Assembly (NCBI GenBank): GCA_002269645.1
Contig: NIVC01000085.1
Coordinates: 682,001-746,000 of the forward strand
Length of the DNA: 64,000 bases
Origin: Macrostomum lignano
Lineage: Eukaryota
Direction: 5' to 3'
Shown here: positions 56,869 to 64,000 of the stretch, one piece after another
Layout of the letters: every line of letters starts with the position of its first letter
Position numbering within the stretch: the first letter of the stretch is position 1
Notes under the pieces: generated by a model
The model's database searches: none
Seen by the model: only the letters and a program-made list of their open reading frames with translations
Told to the model about the DNA's origin: nothing
Made by a program: the position numbers and the translations under genes

Positions 56869-57413
56869 GTAACAAAAACAAGAAATCTTTGCGACATGAA
56901 ACGGTTTTTGCAAGATTTGCCTGCGCATCCAAGTGCCTGGGTGAGTAAAGAAACGAGTAGGACGCCCTGCATGAGCACACACATTAAAATATGAAATCAG
57001 GTTAGAAATAATGCCTGGCTTTGTCGTGTTAAACCAACAAACGACAGCCGGAAAACATTTGCTTTTAAATGTAAATTAACAAGTTTTGACCCGCGGCGGT
57101 AAAACTGATGCAGCTGTGGAATAGGAGCCTGATTATTTGCTTAGCGACTTTCAGTTTCGCTGATAAAGATTTACAATTTCACACTAAAATATTGGCCGAC
57201 AAATTATTCTTTGCCACGGTCTGGAGAACAAGGATAAACAAGAAGAATACTCAAGGTTAGTTATGCTAGGGAGAGGCTTTTCTGTTTGAACTTATATTTG
57301 CCTCAAGTGGATGTCGCTGTGTGAATAGCGCTTCATGACAGGTCTTAATTCAGTTTGCTTGAGTCCATGCTCAGCTCATCAGCTGAGCCAGTCGGTCACC
57401 GCATCGCTCGAGC

Positions 57414-58146
57414 TCAGCCACGCACGAACAGAGTCCACTCGGGCCCGCTCAGCTGGCCAGGCGGGTACACGAACTCCAGCAGGTGGCAGGCGAGCTCCTG
57501 TCGAGAGAAAACGGCGGCCCGGCAGTCGGCTCTGGCGCTGCACCGGAGCAGGCAGTCCTCGACGGACTGGGCAGCGACAGGCCAGACAGAAGTGGCACCG
57601 GATGTCACGGGAGGGCTGGACTGCTTCACTACCTTGTAGGTGTTGCTGTTGGAAACTGAAGTTGAACGAAAGTGCAAAATTGGTAAAATGCTTCCATGTA
57701 TACTGACGGCCCAGTACTGCAAAAGACACAAAAGTACCTGTGTAGCTCAGAGAGAACACAGAGTTGCGGTACATGTCGCCACATTTCTGCTTTCGGTTTC
57801 CATAGCAAGAAGAGCTGCAGTTTCCTTCGCTCACCAAGCCATGGGATCCGTACGAGTTGCCGCAGTAGCACTCTTTGCCATGCTGCACACCGAAGTAGAA
57901 GAAGCTGCCTATTGAGCAGATTCCGCTGCACAGCTCGTGTGACATTTTCGTGCTTCTGACTCGCCCATTGCCACCAACGCTGAACCCGCCGATCTTGCTG
58001 ACTCCACTGAGCCCATTTAAGTCTCTGGGTGATCCATAGTCTTTGTAGCAGCCCAGGTAGGAGAAGCGGACAAACCTGCCGGTCACGCAAGTGAGCAGGA
58101 GGGCAGCGCAGAACAGAACGGACAGAGCCGCTGCTGGGCGGAACAT
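57414..58146 (-). CDS. Secreted WSC + PAN/apple-like protein, copy B (216 aa); exons 58146-57738 and 57655-57414
   Basis: Paralog of copy A with the same intron position and phase. Confidence 0.85.
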
Positions 58147-58181
58147 TTTGCTGCTCAGACAGAAGCTTGAAGCAGATGAGG

Positions 58182-58271
58182 TTTTATGAAATCACGGCTT
58201 CGGCAGTTCCGCATCTGGTTTTTAGTATATAGGATTAAACAGATTCTAGTGGCATCGCTCTATCAACCAAT
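58182..58271 (-). promoter_or_regulatory. TATA-like box and CCAAT motif upstream of WSC copy B
   Basis: TTTTATGAAA at 58182-58191 and GGCATCGCTC...CCAATC at 58267-58271. Confidence 0.45.
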
Positions 58272-59049
58272 CAGAGGAGTTATTGAGCAGCGATCTAGAG
58301 TAGCTCGTACAGGCCTCTACAGTAGGTCGACTCAGAAGTTGTCTTTACTCAAAATTCTAATCTGATCAAATGTTTCAGAGTTGAAGAAATGTTTCCTCCG
58401 TTTTGTTTTCAAAATTTATTACAAGCATAAATGAATTCGCCTATAGCATCACCGCCAAGTACATCATTCTCCTTGATATAGCAGAAATTAAGTAGGAAGG
58501 ACAATAATTTTTGTAATCCTCGAAAAAAACCTCAGTACGATGAGGTAAGTAGCAAGTTCTTAGATTGACTGGATTTAGCTCGTATTTGCGGGACCACTGC
58601 AATGATCTAAGGATCAAGTAAAGAAAGTTTTTTAAAGCTTGTTGTTGAGATTCAAGATACCAGTGACCACGGCGGACGATTCAGCTACAGAGAGAGTTAA
58701 AGATAGGAAAGTCAGGGCTATTACGACATGAGATTCCGGTATACGAGCGTACGCCTTATTCACGCCAAAGTGTGTCTAAGTAAACGTGTGCTGTAACTGT
58801 GTGCTCAGTTTACAAGCTTTAAAAAATTAATTTGGAGAGATAAACCGCCAGAAATAACTCAAACTCTGAAGGAGAAGTTAAAAAAGCAACTAGTAAAAAC
58901 CACTAATCACTACTTCCAGAGATTGTGAAATTTTAATAACACTAGTAAAGTTTCGATCTAGTAAAAGTCCAACTTAAAGAATTTTTGATCTAATGAATTT
59001 TCGTCATAATGAAATTTCCACCTGATGACTTTTCGACCTACGAATATAG

Positions 59050-59260
59050 TCTCGACATAATGCGGGTTCGACATAATAAATTTTCGAAATAATGAAGTTT
59101 AGACATAATGAAGTTTAGACATAATGAAGTTTCGACGTAATGACGTTTCGACATAATGAAGTTTCGGCATAATGAAGTTTCGACATAATGAAGTTTCGAC
59201 ATAATGAAGCTTCGACATAATGAAGTTTCGACATAATGAAGCTTCGACATAATGAAGTTT
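59050..59260 (+). repeat. 16-bp minisatellite CATAATGAAGTTTCGA
   Basis: About 13 tandem units. Confidence 0.93.
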
Positions 59261-59679
59261 AAACCAAGTGAAACTTTGACCTAATCAAATTTAAACCTAA
59301 TGAAGTTCCAACAAAATTAAATTCAGACATTGAAATATATGAATGCACATTAAAGACAGGGGCAGCTAAAAATTTGATACTATTTTGCTTGCTTACCTAT
59401 CCCTGAATCATAGCTTGATAAACTTGCGATTGCACCTCAAATGAAGGCTTCAGTCCAGATGGTGAGATACCGGAAATATAGTAGCAAAATATTTCTACAT
59501 TCATAATTTCTTTCATTGCCAACGCTAAAAAACTGCAAAAATTAGCACACAAAATTCTCTTCTACTAGATTTATCCTTCCTGAATCATTTTTTAAAGTCA
59601 GTCGGATGCTGCACTTTGTAAGGCATTGAAGCCAGTTGGCAAAGCTGCAGTGCACAGTTTTGACAAAATCTGTGTAAGG

Positions 59680-59790
59680 CAGGGCTCGGCAGACTCCAGC
59701 CCACGGGCCACATGCGGCCTGCAAAGCCTCTCCATCCGGCCCTCGGGTCATTTTAAACTTCACAATAATAGAAACCTGGCCCCCTTAATG
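59680..59790 (+). mobile_element. Left end of a hAT-type MITE (fragment)
   Basis: CAGGGCTCGGCAGAC...CCACGGGCCACATGCGGCC...TCCGGCCC resembles hAT subterminal motifs; the other end was not found. Confidence 0.4.
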
Positions 59791-59939
59791 TTTATATCTC
59801 TTCTCAGGGCCCTTCTCTGCACTCTCCCCTCTCCTCTCTCCTCCCCCCTGCTCTCCTCTTCTCTCCACTCCTCTCTTCTCCTTTATTCTCTCGCCTCTCC
59901 TTTCCTTTATCATTTATCTCCTTTCACTTTTATCTCCCT

Positions 59940-60072
59940 GAAATTTTAACTTCCTGCTCGGAGCGTTTGAGTTCTAATCGAGACCAACCGACTGTGCTGA
60001 GAATTCGATCGATCGCTTCTTCGCGGAGAGCCGGAAGGATCTGCAGTCCAGCTTCAATCTTGAGGACGGCCA
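59940..60072 (+). pseudogene. Fragment of a paralog of the ANK/Mab-21 gene
   Basis: Aligns by eye to 49336-49466 (AACTTCCTGCT...GAGCGT.TGAGTTCT.ATCGAGA...AGAATTCGATCGCTTCTTCGCGGAGAG), with an extra GATC that shifts the frame. Confidence 0.85.
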
Positions 60073-60576
60073 CGCTCCAACTCAAATCAATCAATCATGA
60101 AATATGAAATCAAGTTATAAATAAAGCCTGCTTTGTCTGGCTACCTTGCTGAAACACTGGCGTATCAAACTAACAGACGACAGCCACCCCAAAGCTGAGA
60201 ACAAAAGTGGAGGTCGTCATCCAGGTAGAATTTATTCAAATGTATGCTTCTGCCAAAAGGTGGTAAAACTGATGCAGCTGTGGAATAGGAGCCTGATTAT
60301 TTGTTTGCAACTTTCAGCTTCGCTGATAAAGATTTGAAACATATTAAACTAAAATATTGACCGATGAATGCTTCGTTGCCAGGGTCTGGATAAGAATAAT
60401 AAACAAGATTACTCAAGGTTAGTTATGCCAGGGAGAGGCTTCTCTGTTCCGAACTTTTATTTGCTTCAGATGGATGTGGCTGTTTGGATAGCGTTTTAAG
60501 ACAGGTCATAATTCAGTTTGCTTGAGTCCATGCTCAGCTCATCAACTGAGCCAGTCGGTCACCGAAACGCTCGAGC

Positions 60577-61239
60577 TCAGCCACGCACGAACAGAGTCCA
60601 CTCGGGCCCGCTCAGGTGGCCAGGCGGGTACACGAACTCCAGCAGGTGGCAGGCGAGCTCCTGTCGGGAGAAAACGGCGGCCCGGCAGTCGGCTCTGGCA
60701 CTGCACTTGGCCGCGCACTGAACTGCCGACTTTGCAACAACCGGCCAGACGGAAGGGGTACCGGATGTCACGGGAGGGCTGGACTGCTTCACTCGCCAGT
60801 AGGTATTTTGGGTGTCCTGGGTACCTGGGTAGCTCAGGAAGAATATGGAGTTGCGGTAGTAACCGCCACATTTCTGCATCGGGTTTCCGGAGCATACCGC
60901 GCTGCAGTTTCCTTCGCTCACTAAGCCATGGGATCCGTATGAGTTGCCGCAGTAGCACTCTCTGCTATTCTGCATTCCAAAGTAGCGGAATTCGCCCAGA
61001 AAGCAGATGCCGCTGCACAGCTCGTGCGACATCTCCGTGCTCGTTCGGACACTACCAGAAGAGAAGTGGACTGCGAATCCGCCGATCTTGCTGACTCCAC
61101 TGAGCCCGTTCAGATCTCTGGGAGATGGATCATCCTTGTAGCAGCCCAAATAGGCGAAGCGGACGAACCTACAGGTGACGCAAGTGAGCAGGAGGGCAGC
61201 GCAGAACAGAACGAGCAGAGCGGCTGCCGGGCGGAACAT
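60577..61239 (-). CDS. Secreted WSC + PAN/apple-like protein, copy C (220 aa), single exon
   Basis: Continuous ORF covering both domains. ATG 61239 aligns with the A and B starts; the upstream in-frame ATG lies beyond the TATA-like box. Confidence 0.85.
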   Translation of the reverse strand: MFRPAAALLVLFCAALLLTCVTCRFVRFAYLGCYKDDPSPRDLNGLSGVSKIGGFAVHFSSGSVRTSTEMSHELCSGICFLGEFRYFGMQNSRECYCGNSYGSHGLVSEGNCSAVCSGNPMQKCGGYYRNSIFFLSYPGTQDTQNTYWRVKQSSPPVTSGTPSVWPVVAKSAVQCAAKCSARADCRAAVFSRQELACHLLEFVYPPGHLSGPEWTLFVRG

Positions 61240-61332
61240 TTCGCTGCTCAAGAAAGAGGCTTGGAGCAGCTGCGGTCCTTGAAACCGTGACGTTGGCAGT
61301 TTCTGCTTCTTCATCTGTTCGGCGGAAGCAGA

Positions 61333-61369
61333 TTTATAAGACTTTGATGGCATCGCTCCTTCGACCAAT
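61333..61369 (-). promoter_or_regulatory. TATA-like box and CCAAT motif upstream of WSC copy C
   Basis: TTTATAAG at 61333-61340 and GGCATCGCTC...CCAATC at 61365-61369. Confidence 0.45.
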
Positions 61370-61777
61370 CGGCGATGTTTCTAAAAATCTGATTCAGCAG
61401 GCAGCTTAGGATGCCTGTCCAGGTACTCAAGTACCCTGAAAGGCATGTCAAGCTCCAACCTGATGACTGTTTGGCCCCCATTCACTCTGGAATAAGCTGC
61501 TGTCATGCATCAAAATCTATCATAGCTTGATTGATGCGTCCCTGTGCTTGTGCTTGCCAGGGCTGACTGCGTGCCGCGAATTTTTTCATCACAAATGACT
61601 GACAAGCATTCATATATCTACAAAAGGCTTTCCGTTAGCTGCATTTTTGTCAATTTTGAGGGCATCAAACTTTTCACCTTTTATCCTTGAGGAGTGGCAT
61701 TACAGGATTATTAACAGGCCGCAACTTTTTCGCTATTGGCAATTGCTGCCGTGCATGCAGTAGAATTTTAGCATCTC

Positions 61778-62406
61778 ATGATAGCCGGCTTGATAAATTT
61801 TTTAAATTTTTCAATCAATTTAAAAGTGGATTACGCGACTGCTTTGGTGGAAGAAATTGCCAAATGGGTCCGCTACTTCTATGTGACTCTGCGTAAGTCA
61901 GACGGCAGCTTCTATTCGCCGAATACAATCGTAGGAATTCGAGCCGCACTGTTCAGGTACTTTATGAAATTACCTGGCCTCAATATCATCGCTCACGAGG
62001 CTTTTCATAGCGCGAATTTGATGGTGAAGAATGTTTGCAATGCGTATTTGAAGTCCGGTGGTCGAGTGCAGCATTACGAAGCCATTGAGTCGGACGACCT
62101 TGTCAAGCTTGCTTCTTACTTCGACAGAAGCAATCCAACACGTTTGCAAGAAGAGGTATATTTCAATGTGTTATTTTATTTCGGCAATCGCGGCAGAGAA
62201 TGGCTACGAGGTCTCACTGTTCGTTCATTCCGAGAGAAGGCCCTATCAAACGGAGCTATGGCGATCGAGTTGCAAGGCAGCACCTCAAAGAATGTAAAAG
62301 GCTCGAGTGACATGCGACTCTGCGACGACAATAAACAGGCCTTGATGGTGGCCAAGCCGGAGACAAGGCACTGTCCAGTTCAGGCCTTCCAGCTTTATTT
62401 GTCCAG
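61778..62406 (+). CDS. Crypton-type tyrosine-recombinase (DUF3504-like) N-terminal/core fragment, open into an ankyrin exon
   Basis: FYVTLRKSDGSFYSPNTIVGIRAALFRY, LQEEVYFNVLFYFGNRGRE, SKNVKG and CPVQAFQLYLS match DUF3504/CryptonA patterns. The C-terminal H-x-x-R, H/W and Y catalytic segment is absent. Confidence 0.75.
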
Positions 62407-64000
62407 CTGGAAATGCACGAAGCACCTGCTGCATCTGCTGAGGCAGCTCAGGTTTAACGAGTGCTCAACGTACGGAAACTCGAAGAGGTCGCGGCTACTC
62501 GGACTGAAGGACCACCGCGGTCGGACAGCATCGGACCTGGCCAGACTCAACGACCATTCAGAACTGGCCAACTACATTGAGCTGTACGTGAGCATTTGTA
62601 GTTAGAGTATTTGCTTTCTGCAAATTAAACATTCTCATCAGTCAAATTTTTTATTTCGTACAATACTTACTTCGGGGAACTCTGTGTGTACATCTACGGC
62701 TCGTATTAGTTAAGTTGTTAAAAATATGTTCTTCTTCTAATTAACGTAATTGTATAGTAGGCCAATTTTTTATATTCGCTGTCACAGAGAAATGCGGCTG
62801 GTTTTCCATTACAATGGCTCCATCACTGGTCTGGATTTTGTGGTGAGTGAGTCATCTGTGTGCCCATGTGTTTACGGTGTAAAATGGTGCCAAAAAATGT
62901 ATTTGTCTTTCAGGAAAGCTGGCTAAAGGATATGAAAAAGCTGATTGAGGATGAAAACTACTCAGCGTTGGTTCAGAAAGTGAACCGCATCAACTGTGAT
63001 TTGCCTAACAGCCAGGGCAACACATTCTTGCTGATGTTTATGCATGTAGCTCAGCCTCAGCAGCGCAGCAATCCAGATACTACGAATCTGAATCAAGAAA
63101 CATTTTTGAAGAAGCTTCTGCAGGTGTGTGATCCCACGTGTGCAAATACATACGGGATGAGTGCCTTGCATATTGCAGCCTACAAGGGCAATTCTGCGGC
63201 AGCCATCGCACTGCTGAACGCTGGAGCCACGGCTAATGTCTACATGTGCTTGGAATGGACTCCCCTTATGCAAGCAGCTTTTTGTACCCAGCAAGATGCC
63301 GCAGCATCAGTTTGCTGGATTCTGCTTTGCGCAGGTTCTAATTGGAGTCTGAAGAACCGGGAAGGCAAGACTGCGCTAGATTTAGCAACTGAGCAAGGAA
63401 GCCACAAGATGGCTGAGCTTCTGCGTAGGTGAGTTTCATGTTGTACCAATTTATTTTGTAACTATCGATAAATTATTAGATATATAATTTGTTTTAATTA
63501 GCTATTTGAAATTTTACTGTTTTCTTGATTTTTTAGAAATCATGATAAGGACTGGTGGACTGAATTACCGGACCAGACACGAAGAGGTCAAGTCAGTACT
63601 ACAGACAGTTTATTTACCGAAAGGTTTGTCCCGTAATGTTTATTTCCAATACCCGATTTGCAGGAATTGTAAAAATATACTGACATATCCCTCGATAATT
63701 ATCTCGAATATTTTTATGTGAGCTTTACATTATTTCTGAGAAATAATTGGACGATTATTAATAGACCGAAAAAAAGTATATCAGAATTTATTCCATGTCA
63801 TTTTTTTGCAATTTCAAAACACCAAGTCAATAAGTGAAAATGAAAATTCCCGGTCATAATTCAACATTAGGTCGTCCATTAATGGTATTTCAGGTTAATT
63901 AGTCTCTTGTCCCTAAATTTCAGCTTTCGTGAAAACGATGCCTGGACTACCAGACCACAGTATCAGACTGGGAGTGGTGAATCTGGTGCCAGCTACAGCT
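62407..64000 (+). CDS. Ankyrin-repeat protein, partial; exons 62407(or 61778)-62587, 62914-63428, 63924->64000
   Basis: KDHRGRTASDLA, GMSALHIAAYKGN, WTPLMQAA and NREGKTALDLATEQG. Donors TAC|GTGAGC and AG|GTGAGT and acceptors TTTCAG| are phase-compatible. The last exon is tentative and runs off the window. Confidence 0.7.

Noticed and set aside
61240-61368. N-terminal extension of WSC copy C (263-aa ORF)
   Set aside because: It overlaps the conserved TATA/CCAAT region, and the signal peptide and paralog alignment start at 61239.

Overview
Eukaryotic (invertebrate animal) genomic DNA with GT-AG introns, GC-rich exons, many micro/minisatellites and heavily nested transposons. The style is reminiscent of the flatworm Macrostomum, but that is my inference and the species cannot be established from the sequence alone. 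Genes reconstructed by hand from splice sites and reading phase: two convergent 8-exon ABCH-type half-transporters (5711-10109 +, 11463-17888 -); RPS6; a cysteine-rich serum amyloid A homolog; an ankyrin-repeat/Mab-21 (cGAS-like) nucleotidyltransferase with one in-frame TAG; three tandem secreted WSC+PAN/apple genes; and an ankyrin gene whose first visible exon is fused in frame to a Crypton-type (DUF3504) tyrosine-recombinase fragment. Mobile elements: a 5'-truncated RNase H-bearing LINE; an 8-bp-TSD hAT-type element that hosts a Ty3/gypsy element, a mariner remnant and a PIF-like MITE; a MULE-like element that hosts a TTAA-flanked Chapaev/Transib (RAG1-core-like) transposon with 322-bp TIRs; a solo LTR; and several MITEs. 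The most unusual items are the gypsy termini (25-bp 5' 'LTR', serial U5-PBS units at the 3' end), the ANK-cGLR with its neighbouring candidate immune genes, the Crypton-ankyrin fusion and the RAG1-like transposon. No rRNA, bona fide tRNA or CRISPR array was seen. Most short ORFs in the supplied track are repeat- or antisense-derived artefacts.
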